In this document: positions 9,808-18,272 of the stretch, piece after piece
Layout of the letters: the number at the start of each line of letters is the position of its first letter
How positions within the stretch are numbered: position 1 is the stretch's first letter
Origin: Erysipelotrichaceae bacterium
Lineage (GTDB): Bacteria; Bacillota_I; Bacilli_A; RFN20; CAG-449
Direction: 5' to 3'
NCBI GenBank assembly: GCA_015059095.1
Contig: SVBA01000005.1
Span: 30,298 to 94,297, forward strand
DNA length: 64,000 nt
Made by a program: the position numbers and the translations under genes
The notes under the pieces: model-generated
What the model was told of the DNA's origin: nothing
The model's input: only the letters and a program-made list of their open reading frames with translations
Database searches by the model: none

Positions 9808-10554
9808 TTAATTTTTCTTAATTTTTTTATCAAATTCAATAAACTCATTAACTTTATCTTGTATCATTTGATGACATTGATTAGAAATATCTTGAGTAGT
9901 TAAATGTTTATAATCATCTTTAGTGAACGGTTTAAAGAAATGGATATAAATAGGATAAACCTTATAATTATATTTGCCATTTAATAATCTTTCAGTACCA
10001 TGAATTGCACAAGGAATAATCTTCTTATTAATTGACATTGGGAATTTATAAGTACCCGCTTTAAATGGATTAAGTTTATAATCTTTATCTTTTGTTCTAG
10101 TACCTTCAGGATAAATAATCCATTTGATATTGTCTTCAAGTAATGATTTTCTTACTTTTTTCATTACTCTAAGTTCTTCTTTTAAATTATCTCTATCCAT
10201 AAATATAGAACCCATCGTTCCTAAAATTTGTTTTGCTACAGGAACTTTTGTTAATTCTCCTTTTGAAACAAATGCTAGAGGATCATCAAATAATTCAAAC
10301 ATTACTGATCCATCAACAAGACTTTGATGGTTTGGTGTAATCATAAAGGATTGTTCGTTAGGTATATTTTCTAAACCGGTAACATAAAGTTTTACACCTA
10401 AAGTTTTATGTAATCGTTTTAAATAAAACTTAAGTTTTCTAAAAACTTTGATTCTAGAATTCTTATCTTTTCTTGGATATGCAAAAAGAACATAGAATAC
10501 CATTGGTAGTCCATATCTAATTAATCTTGGTAGAATTTTTAACCATCTAAGCAT
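9808..10554 (-). CDS. plsC: 1-acyl-sn-glycerol-3-phosphate acyltransferase
   Basis: NHQSLVD (HX4D), FVSKGEL, FMDRDN and YPEGTR acyltransferase motifs. Confidence 0.9.
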   Translation of the reverse strand: MLRWLKILPRLIRYGLPMVFYVLFAYPRKDKNSRIKVFRKLKFYLKRLHKTLGVKLYVTGLENIPNEQSFMITPNHQSLVDGSVMFELFDDPLAFVSKGELTKVPVAKQILGTMGSIFMDRDNLKEELRVMKKVRKSLLEDNIKWIIYPEGTRTKDKDYKLNPFKAGTYKFPMSINKKIIPCAIHGTERLLNGKYNYKVYPIYIHFFKPFTKDDYKHLTTQDISNQCHQMIQDKVNEFIEFDKKIKKN

Positions 10555-10569
10555 ATCGTATCTCCTTTT

Positions 10570-10845
10570 TTAATATTTTAGTCCTAAATATGTAATAGTT
10601 TCAACAACAATAACCACATTATTATTAAGAGTTTCAATTCTTCCGCGAACAGCAACTAATGAATTGTTCTTAAATGTAAATATTTCACCTTTTACTTCTT
10701 TATTCCAATTACATAAAGGAATTTTATCAATAATTAGATTATCTGCAAAATTAGTATACACTCTTTCTACTAATAGATACCTAATTCTTGGCTCCTTATT
10801 ATCAATTTCGACAAGAGAGCCAACCAAACAAATAGAATTCAACAT
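10570..10845 (-). CDS. Short SSB-like OB-fold protein lacking the acidic C-terminal tail
   Basis: N.ICLVG.L...IDKIPLCNW...LVAVRGRIET resembles the SSB OB fold; 91 aa; strong GGAGG RBS. Confidence 0.65.
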   Translation of the reverse strand: MLNSICLVGSLVEIDNKEPRIRYLLVERVYTNFADNLIIDKIPLCNWNKEVKGEIFTFKNNSLVAVRGRIETLNNNVVIVVETITYLGLKY

Positions 10846-10907
10846 AATTTACCTCCTACATATATTGTAAAAGGTTTTTTTGCTCGTGAATCCCTATTTT
10901 CTCCCAC

Positions 10908-13064
10908 CTATTTCTTAACTGCAACAACTAATGATAAACTATTTACTGTTAAATGTTGGGAATAAAATTCAGAAATCAAGCTGCCTGATTCATTAAAAAT
11001 AATTTGATAATAATCATATAAATTTACATTAATTTTTGACTTTGTTGGATTAATGAAAATTTTAACATTCTTAAATGGAGCAAGAACTTCTTCATTAAAG
11101 AAATCAATAACTAAACATCCATTACTTTCATCAATAAATCTTATAGATTGTTCAATAGTATTTTTATCATCAAATCTAAAGAATGAATATTGTTTTCTAA
11201 GTGCAACTAATTGTCTAAAGAATTCATATAAATCTTTTCTAGAGTCTAATACATCCCATTTCATTTGATTAATTAAATCTCCAGAACGATATGAGTTGTG
11301 ATCACCATTCTTAGAAAGTCCGATTTCTTGGCCCATATGAATAAATGGAACACCACAAGATAATAATACTACTGCATTTATTAATTTTAAACGTCTAAAC
11401 AATTCATCTTCATTATCATCATAACAACATACCTTCAATTTATCATAAAGAGTATTATTATCATGACATTCTACATAGTTAATTGATTGCTTTGGATCAT
11501 TAAATAATGGTGGGAATGCAATTGGTAAAGTAGAACCTGCAAAGATATGTTTAAATCCATCTCTATAGTTAGTATCACCAGTTAAATAACCTCTAATGTA
11601 AAGTTCTGAATGGTTAGTTTTCCCTTTTGATGTGTCTCTAAAACGATCATTAAAATGACCTATATTTGGGATTAAATTTGCATTATTCATATTCGCTCTT
11701 TGATTAGATGGCATACATGTAGGCATATCCCATCCTTCACCATAGATGATAAAATCAGGTTTAATAGCAGTACAAGCTTTATAGACTTCATTAATAGTTT
11801 GAATATCAATTAAGCCCATTAAGTCAAATCTTAAACCATCAATGCCATAATTTTTCACCCAGTGTACACATGAATCAACAATAAACTTTCTTCCCATTAG
11901 ATGTCTTGATTCAAATTCATTACCACAGAAAGAACCATCACTCTTAGTACCATCATTATTAAATTTAAAATAATAATTTGGGCAAATTGCCTCAAAGTTA
12001 CTTAATTCCATGTTGAATACATGATTATAAACAACATCCATAACCACTCTTAATCCTTTTGCATGTAAACTAGCGACCATCTTTTTACATTCTAAAATAC
12101 GCGCATATGGATCAGAAGGATTTGAAGAATAACTTCCTTCAGGAGCATTATAATTAAGTGGGTCATATCCCCAGTTATAAGTATCTTGAGGATGATCATC
12201 ACTAGTAGTACAAAAATCATAGAAAGGTAAAATTTGTACGTGAGTAACACCTAGAGATTCTAAATAATCAATTCCCATTGGAATTCCTTTTTTAGTTTTA
12301 TAACCAGATTCAGTCATCCCTAAAAATTTTCCTTTATTTGCAAAAGGAGATTTCTCTTGAGAAGTAAAATCTCTAACATCTAATTCATAAATAACCGCAT
12401 CAGTAATTTTATTAAATTTAGGCAAACATTCTTCATTTAAATCAATGTTTACTTTATCAAAATCAACGATTACACCATGTCTAGAATTTCTAGTAACAGC
12501 CTTAGCATATGGATCAACTGCTTCATTATATTTACCATTAACTTTAACGATGTAGTTATATGAGCAACCTTCTAAATCACCTTCAACTTCGCATTCAAAA
12601 ATTCCAGTTTTTTCGTCTTTAACTAAATTCATTGATGTCTTTTTAATTTCTTCATCTTCCTTAGTATAGACAAATACAGTAACATAACTTGCAAGCGGTG
12701 AGAAAACTCTAAATATCGTTTTTTCTTTTGAATAAATCGCACCTAATTCACCATCAAAATATGTGCGATCAATATACTTATCTAATCTACATAAATAAGA
12801 ACAATTAAGTTGAATAACAATATTTCTTTCATCAAATATTTCATAATCTACACCTATTTTTAATTCAGGAATTTCATCTAAATTATATGTAAAAAATTTT
12901 GAGTTTTCATTTTTTGAAGCAATATGTAATTCCTTGATATATTTACCATCTTCATATAAATAAAAATTTGTACATCCAGCTCCATTGTAAGATTTAGGAA
13001 TGTGAACTTCAATAAGGTTCAATGATTTTAAAATAGCTTTAAATTGATAATCTTTATCTGGCAT
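10908..13064 (-). CDS. pulA: Type I pullulanase / glycogen debranching enzyme (GH13), cytoplasmic
   Basis: YNWGYDP, DVVYNH, DGLRFDLMG, YGEGW and YVECHDN motifs; no signal peptide. Confidence 0.92.
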   Translation of the reverse strand: MPDKDYQFKAILKSLNLIEVHIPKSYNGAGCTNFYLYEDGKYIKELHIASKNENSKFFTYNLDEIPELKIGVDYEIFDERNIVIQLNCSYLCRLDKYIDRTYFDGELGAIYSKEKTIFRVFSPLASYVTVFVYTKEDEEIKKTSMNLVKDEKTGIFECEVEGDLEGCSYNYIVKVNGKYNEAVDPYAKAVTRNSRHGVIVDFDKVNIDLNEECLPKFNKITDAVIYELDVRDFTSQEKSPFANKGKFLGMTESGYKTKKGIPMGIDYLESLGVTHVQILPFYDFCTTSDDHPQDTYNWGYDPLNYNAPEGSYSSNPSDPYARILECKKMVASLHAKGLRVVMDVVYNHVFNMELSNFEAICPNYYFKFNNDGTKSDGSFCGNEFESRHLMGRKFIVDSCVHWVKNYGIDGLRFDLMGLIDIQTINEVYKACTAIKPDFIIYGEGWDMPTCMPSNQRANMNNANLIPNIGHFNDRFRDTSKGKTNHSELYIRGYLTGDTNYRDGFKHIFAGSTLPIAFPPLFNDPKQSINYVECHDNNTLYDKLKVCCYDDNEDELFRRLKLINAVVLLSCGVPFIHMGQEIGLSKNGDHNSYRSGDLINQMKWDVLDSRKDLYEFFRQLVALRKQYSFFRFDDKNTIEQSIRFIDESNGCLVIDFFNEEVLAPFKNVKIFINPTKSKINVNLYDYYQIIFNESGSLISEFYSQHLTVNSLSLVVAVKK

Positions 13065-13085
13065 AAAATCTCCTCACACTACAAT

Positions 13086-13103
13086 ATTATTGTTAACAAT
13101 AAT
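13086..13103. promoter_or_regulatory. Perfect 18-bp palindrome ATTATTGTTAACAATAAT in the pulA 5' region (putative operator)
   Basis: Read directly; lies downstream of a TTGAAA-17-TAATAT promoter-like site and upstream of the pulA RBS. Confidence 0.55.
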
Positions 13104-13147
13104 CTTCCTTTTAAAATATTAAAAAAAATATTGTTATTTTTCAAGAT

Positions 13148-13184
13148 AAAAAAGAAAAATGACGTAAGTTAACTTACGCCATTT
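13148..13184 (-). terminator. Terminator after ftsK
   Basis: AAATGGCGTAAGTT/AACTTACGTCATTT hairpin plus T run. Confidence 0.75.
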
Positions 13185-13194
13185 ACAAATTTTA

Positions 13195-15747
13195 TTAATT
13201 TTCACTATTTTCATCTACTTCACTACTCGTAGCAACGACAATTCTACGGTTACCATTGACTCTTTTTACAACTCCTTCATCTTCTAAACAATTTAAGATA
13301 TGGTCTGCTCTTGCATACCCAATTCCAAAGTTAGATTGTAAATTACTAGTTGAAGCAATTCTAGTTCTAATTACATGTGCTTTACATTCTTCATGTAATT
13401 CGTCTAATTCTTTTCTTCTTTCACCATTTCCGTGAAATAAAACTGTTTGTTGAGGTACCAAGTTCAAGAAATTTTCATCATATTTCACCTCAACTTGATC
13501 TTTAATAAATTGAGTAATTTGGACAATTTCTACTCCTGAAATAAAGGCACCTTGAACACGTACCAATGAGTTATGACGAGGAATTCTACATAACATATCC
13601 CCATTACCTAATAAAGATTCAGCTCCACCTTCATCTAAGATGGTCTTTGAGTCAACATATTGAGGAACAAGTAAACCTACTCTAGAAGGGATGACTGCTT
13701 TAATATCACCTGTAATTACATTGACAGAAGGTCTTTGAGTACAAATGATTAAATAAATACCACAAGCTCTAGCTTTTTGAGCCAATCGCTTAACACTTTG
13801 TTCAATTTCTTTACCATATTCGCTCATAAAATCAGAAAATTCATCACAAACCAATACGATATTAGACATTTTTTCAAACCCCTGAATTTCAGCAAATTCA
13901 TTATATTCAGAAATCTTAGCAGCCCCTCTTTCGGAAAGTAATTCATATCTTCTTTCCATTTCTTGTACTAAACGTTTAAGAGCTTCCTTACCTTCTTTAG
14001 CATCAGTAATAATTGGACATAATAAATGTGGCAAATTCGCATATTTTGAAAATTCTACTTTCTTAGGGTCAATTAACATTAATTTTAATTCATCAGGAGT
14101 ATTTCTCATGATAAATGTCGAAATGATAGTATTAACAAATACAGATTTACCAGAACCAGTAGTACCTGCGACTAATAAGTGAGGTAGTTCATCCATTGAA
14201 GTAGTAACTACTCTGCCTTCAATATCTTTACCTAATGGAATTAATAATTTATCTTTATCTGATGTTTTATCTTTAATTTGTTCAAAGCATTCCCTAAACG
14301 ATACCCCTGTTGGTTTTTCATTTCCAACTTCAATACTCGAAGTGTCTCTACCTTCAACTACCATTTCAATTCTAACTGTTTTATTACCATTTAAAGCAAT
14401 TGAAATTTCATTTGAAACGGATGCAAGAGTATTTACTCTTACTCCTTCATTCATCTTAACATTAAATCTAGTAACAGAAGGACCAATAGTATATGAAATT
14501 ACTTGAGCACCAATCTTATATTGACTAAATGTATTATTAATCTTTTCTAATCTTTGTTGTGCAATCCTTTGATTTTCATATTTTGTATCTTCAGTCGCAT
14601 GGATTTTTAGTAATGAAAATGGAGGTAATTGATATGGTTTTTTCTTTTCAATTTTAGGAGTAGATTCACGTGTTTTAACTATATTTTGAGCCTTTTCTTG
14701 AACTATAATTGGTTTTACAACTTCAATCTTTTTTTCTTCAGGAATCTTTTCTTCAATTGGCCTAATATCATTCACTTCATTAATAAGCGTATTATTATAA
14801 TTTGGTTTTAATAATTCATCAGAAAAATATGATTTTGGTTCTTCTTTTACTTCTTCTTGAGGTGGAACTAAATCATCTACTTCAATAGGTTTAACATCTT
14901 TAACTTCGTTTTTAGGCAATTCTTCAATATCATCAATAAAAAATGATTTAACATTTACTGGTTTAGTAGGAATGACTAATTCTTCAATAATCGGTTTACC
15001 TAATGGAATCTTTTCTTCTTTTTCTATAGTAGAAGTTTCTTCAACCTTTTCAATTTCATTATCGTGGTTCTCTTCCACTATTTTTTCAATTAATGGTGTA
15101 GATTCTGATTCACTTAGTTTTATTTCTTCAAGTTTCTTTTCTTCTTTTCTCTCTTTAATTTTATAAGAATAATTAACAAAGAACTTAACAATGTAAGCAA
15201 TAATATCTTTAAATAATAATACTAAGCCTACTGTCATACAAATAATATAAATAATTGTAGTACCAACATTTGTCACACAAGTATTTAATAGTGCTTTTAA
15301 TGTAAAACCAATAAATCCTCCTCCGGTAGATGCTAAATTTGATAAATTATCAATTACAAAAACACCAGAAGACACTGACCCCATATGTTCATTAAATAAT
15401 TGAACTAAATTATTAAAATTAAGTTCACTATTAGTATTACTAGACGCGATTAATAATGAAATAAAAACTAGTATTGCTCCAAATAGGTTCATATTAATCT
15501 TAACTTTAAAAACCTTCTTTTTAAACATTAAATAGAATGCTAAAACTAAAAGAATTGCGTATAAAATAAAGTAATATGCGCCAAATAAATAAATTGTAAT
15601 GTATGTTAAAAAATTACCAACCGGGCCTTTATTTAATAATCCTATAATACTTAATAATACAATCATTAACCCAATTAATACGTATTCAACATCATCACCT
15701 AATATTTTATTATCACGAGTTTTAGGACTCTTCATTTTTTCTTTCAT
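13195..15747 (-). CDS. ftsK: DNA translocase FtsK/SpoIIIE
   Basis: N-terminal TM domain, PHLLVAGTTGSGKSV Walker A, KARACGIYLIICTQRPS, C-terminal gamma (winged-helix) domain. Confidence 0.95.
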   Translation of the reverse strand: MKEKMKSPKTRDNKILGDDVEYVLIGLMIVLLSIIGLLNKGPVGNFLTYITIYLFGAYYFILYAILLVLAFYLMFKKKVFKVKINMNLFGAILVFISLLIASSNTNSELNFNNLVQLFNEHMGSVSSGVFVIDNLSNLASTGGGFIGFTLKALLNTCVTNVGTTIIYIICMTVGLVLLFKDIIAYIVKFFVNYSYKIKERKEEKKLEEIKLSESESTPLIEKIVEENHDNEIEKVEETSTIEKEEKIPLGKPIIEELVIPTKPVNVKSFFIDDIEELPKNEVKDVKPIEVDDLVPPQEEVKEEPKSYFSDELLKPNYNNTLINEVNDIRPIEEKIPEEKKIEVVKPIIVQEKAQNIVKTRESTPKIEKKKPYQLPPFSLLKIHATEDTKYENQRIAQQRLEKINNTFSQYKIGAQVISYTIGPSVTRFNVKMNEGVRVNTLASVSNEISIALNGNKTVRIEMVVEGRDTSSIEVGNEKPTGVSFRECFEQIKDKTSDKDKLLIPLGKDIEGRVVTTSMDELPHLLVAGTTGSGKSVFVNTIISTFIMRNTPDELKLMLIDPKKVEFSKYANLPHLLCPIITDAKEGKEALKRLVQEMERRYELLSERGAAKISEYNEFAEIQGFEKMSNIVLVCDEFSDFMSEYGKEIEQSVKRLAQKARACGIYLIICTQRPSVNVITGDIKAVIPSRVGLLVPQYVDSKTILDEGGAESLLGNGDMLCRIPRHNSLVRVQGAFISGVEIVQITQFIKDQVEVKYDENFLNLVPQQTVLFHGNGERRKELDELHEECKAHVIRTRIASTSNLQSNFGIGYARADHILNCLEDEGVVKRVNGNRRIVVATSSEVDENSEN

Positions 15748-15794
15748 TTAGCATCACCTCTTTTAGTATACCATACTTTTATAAATATAAAAGT

Positions 15795-15821
15795 AAAAAA
15801 ATAAGGCAAGTTGCCTTATTT
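15795..15821 (-). terminator. Terminator after the mraZ-rsmH-ftsL-hyp operon
   Basis: AATAAGGCAA-c-TTGCCTTATT plus T run. Confidence 0.75.
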
Positions 15822-15822
15822 C

Positions 15823-16035
15823 TTAATTAATTCTTTTAATAGATTTATTTCTATATAAATTAATAGATTTCATTGCGATTACAGAGAATACACCATTAAC
15901 TAAGGCAAGGACAATAGATAATGTAATCATAATTACTTGGTCATGAGAGAATAACATATTCACAATTACTGTTGTAATTAATGATAATGCAATCCATAAA
16001 TCTAGTGCGAAAAATGCTTTAATAAATTTACTCAT
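15823..16035 (-). CDS. Small two-TM hypothetical protein
   Basis: 70 aa, two hydrophobic helices, GGAG RBS; follows ftsL. Confidence 0.55.
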   Translation of the reverse strand: MSKFIKAFFALDLWIALSLITTVIVNMLFSHDQVIMITLSIVLALVNGVFSVIAMKSINLYRNKSIKRIN

Positions 16036-16050
16036 ATTATCTACTCCTAT

Positions 16051-16266
16051 TTATTTAGTTTCAATGACGAATACGTGTTCATCATTTTGTTCATTAGTTA
16101 ATTCTTGAATTTCATTATTTAATTGGACATTTTCAGTATTCATTGAAACAGAAATTGGTAGAATTACAGCTAAAGATAATACAACTAAAACACCACCAAG
16201 AATTCCTAATTTTCTTGCTTTGTAATCAAATTTTGTCATGTTCTTTTTTTCTAATTTGTTTTTCAT
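16051..16266 (-). CDS. ftsL: FtsL-like cell division protein
   Basis: Basic N-terminus, single TM, short coiled coil (QLNNEIQELTNEQ); canonical position after rsmH. Confidence 0.65.
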   Translation of the reverse strand: MKNKLEKKNMTKFDYKARKLGILGGVLVVLSLAVILPISVSMNTENVQLNNEIQELTNEQNDEHVFVIETK

Positions 16267-16270
16267 AGTT

Positions 16271-17206
16271 TTATTTCCTTTCTATAATTCTTAATTTTGC
16301 TGGCTTAGCACGATTATTGATTTCTAATTCCTCTTCTGTAGCAATAATCACCTTTCTATTAACTAGAATGTATTCTAATTCTTTATTTGAAGAAGGTAAG
16401 TATCTAGATGTTACTTCTTCTTTAGTTAAAGAATTGAAATATCTTTTAACGATTCTATCTTCAAGTGAGTTAAATGTAATAACTGCAACTCTACCTTTAG
16501 AATTTAACATTTCACAAGCATCTTTTAATGCTGTTTCTAGAACTTCTAATTCTCTATTAACTTCAATTCTGATAGCTTGGAAAGTTTGTTTAGCAGGATG
16601 TCCGACTTTCTTTAATACCTTTTGAGGCAATACAGATTTAATGACATCTACTAATTGAAATGTTGTTTCGATAGGTTTATTTTCTCTTACTTTTACAATT
16701 TGTTTTGCAATTTGATAAGCAAATGGTTCTTCTCCATATTCTCTTAAGATTCTAGTTAATTCTTGTAAAGAATAATTATTAACTACCTCATAAGCAGACA
16801 ATGAAGATTCTTGATTCATTCTCATATCTAATCGAGCATCATATCGATAAGAGAAACCTCTATCTTGTTCATCAAATTGAGCAGAACTAACTCCTAAGTC
16901 AAACATTATTCCATCTACTTTATTTACTCCGATTTCATTTAAATCCTTTTTAAGATTTTCAAAGTTATCGTTAATTAATGTAAATGAAGAAGATATTTTT
17001 TCAAGTCTTTCTCTTGATTCATTAATTGCTTGTATATCTTGATCAAAGCAATATAGGTGACCCGTAGTTAATCTTTTTAATACTTCGCTAGAATGACCTC
17101 CTCTACCTAAAGTTCCATCAACATAGATTCCGTTTTCTTTAATGTTCAATCCTTCGACTGTTTCTTTTAATAAGACTGGTATATGTTTATATTCCATATT
17201 ATTCAC
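16271..17206 (-). CDS. rsmH: 16S rRNA m4C1402 methyltransferase
   Basis: HIPVLL, VDGTLGRGGHS, DLGVSS.QFD, RGFSY, HPAKQTFQAIRIEVN motifs. Confidence 0.96.
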   Translation of the reverse strand: MNNMEYKHIPVLLKETVEGLNIKENGIYVDGTLGRGGHSSEVLKRLTTGHLYCFDQDIQAINESRERLEKISSSFTLINDNFENLKKDLNEIGVNKVDGIMFDLGVSSAQFDEQDRGFSYRYDARLDMRMNQESSLSAYEVVNNYSLQELTRILREYGEEPFAYQIAKQIVKVRENKPIETTFQLVDVIKSVLPQKVLKKVGHPAKQTFQAIRIEVNRELEVLETALKDACEMLNSKGRVAVITFNSLEDRIVKRYFNSLTKEEVTSRYLPSSNKELEYILVNRKVIIATEEELEINNRAKPAKLRIIERK

Positions 17207-17630
17207 CGAAGATTAGATTTGCTGCATTTTCTTCATATGCTAATTCATTTTCTTCTTCTAGAGTTTTATATCTTTCTCTATCCCAAATTTCAATTTTGTC
17301 ATCAGCACCGATAATTACAACATCTTTTTTAATTAAGCATTTTTCTAATGATTCTTTAGTTAGTTGAATTCTTCCTTGTTTATCAATTTCACATTGATAT
17401 GAGTTCGCAAAGAACGTTCTTTTATATGCTCTTACTTTTGGATCGTTAGAGTTTTGAGAAGACATCTTAGCAACAATCTTTTCAAATGTTTCAACTGGAT
17501 ATACCGCTAAACATTTATCAAGACCTAAGTTGATGTAAACCTTAGTTCCTAATTGTTCTCTAAGTTTAGAAGGCATAATAACTCTAGACTTTTCATCTAA
17601 GCTATGATTGTAAGTTCCGATAAAAAACAT
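17199..17630 (-). CDS. mraZ: Transcriptional regulator MraZ
   Basis: FIGTYNHSLDEKSRVIMP, IDKQGRI, IIGADDKIEIW; upstream of rsmH. Confidence 0.95.
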   Translation of the reverse strand: MFFIGTYNHSLDEKSRVIMPSKLREQLGTKVYINLGLDKCLAVYPVETFEKIVAKMSSQNSNDPKVRAYKRTFFANSYQCEIDKQGRIQLTKESLEKCLIKKDVVIIGADDKIEIWDRERYKTLEEENELAYEENAANLIFGE

Positions 17631-17636
17631 ACTAAT

Positions 17637-17693
17637 TCCTCCACTTCTCTCCCCAACTACTCCAATTATATCCCTTTTACTCCACTTTGTAAA
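17637..17693 (-). promoter_or_regulatory. mraZ promoter with overlapping MraZ-type G-rich direct repeats
   Basis: TTTACA-17-TATAAT (17693-17665) overlapped by GTGGAG/AGGGAT/TTGGAG/TTGGGG/GTGGAG at about 10-bp periodicity. Confidence 0.75.
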
Positions 17694-17726
17694 TAAATAA
17701 TTGAAAAAATATTCAAAATATTTAAT

Positions 17727-17758
17727 AAAAAAAACTAGCCCTTCATAAGAGCTAGTCT
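17727..17758 (-). terminator. Terminator after pheS-pheT-yceD
   Basis: ACTAGC...GCTAGT stem with T run on the minus strand. Confidence 0.65.
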
Positions 17759-17761
17759 TTT

Positions 17762-18271
17762 CTAATCTTCATCATCTAAATCTAAGTTTAATAATTTTTC
17801 AAATCTAGGATCTATCGTCTCTTTCTTCTTTTTGTAGTAGTCATCTTCAGAAATAACTTCCCATCCATCCCCTTTTATAGTTTCTGGTTCATCTTTACCA
17901 ATAATTTTTAATGGAATAGAAGTAATTAAAGTTGATAATATTTCTTCATACATATCATATTGATCATCCTCAACTTGAATAATATCTTCATCATCATAAT
18001 CATTTTCTTCAAATGATAAAGTCAAAGAAACTTTTTCTTTAATTTTATATGGGACTGGTTTTAAAGATCTTGTAGAACGCAAAATCAAATCTGCTTTCAA
18101 GACATAATCTACAACAACTAAATCAACTACTTCTTTTGCTTCTAAAGTAACGTGAACTTTTTTAATTTCTATAATATCAGGATTAGAAGCAATATCTTTG
18201 ATATTGATAATAACATCTTCATCGTATCTAATTGCTTTTTTGGCTTTAATATCGTTTCTATAAATAATCAT
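17762..18271 (-). CDS. YceD/DUF177 family protein
   Basis: LILRSTRSLKPV, IPLKII, GDGWEVISED...IDPRFEKL pattern typical of Firmicutes DUF177. Confidence 0.8.
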   Translation of the reverse strand: MIIYRNDIKAKKAIRYDEDVIINIKDIASNPDIIEIKKVHVTLEAKEVVDLVVVDYVLKADLILRSTRSLKPVPYKIKEKVSLTLSFEENDYDDEDIIQVEDDQYDMYEEILSTLITSIPLKIIGKDEPETIKGDGWEVISEDDYYKKKKETIDPRFEKLLNLDLDDED

Positions 18272-18272
18272 A

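Noticed and set aside
13121-13128. A/T homopolymer runs (7-9 nt) in several promoters and genes as phase-variation tracts
   Set aside because: Such runs are common at this AT content; only the G10 run is exceptional.
17700-17761. Expected rpmF (L32) after yceD
   Set aside because: No ORF is present; a terminator follows yceD directly.
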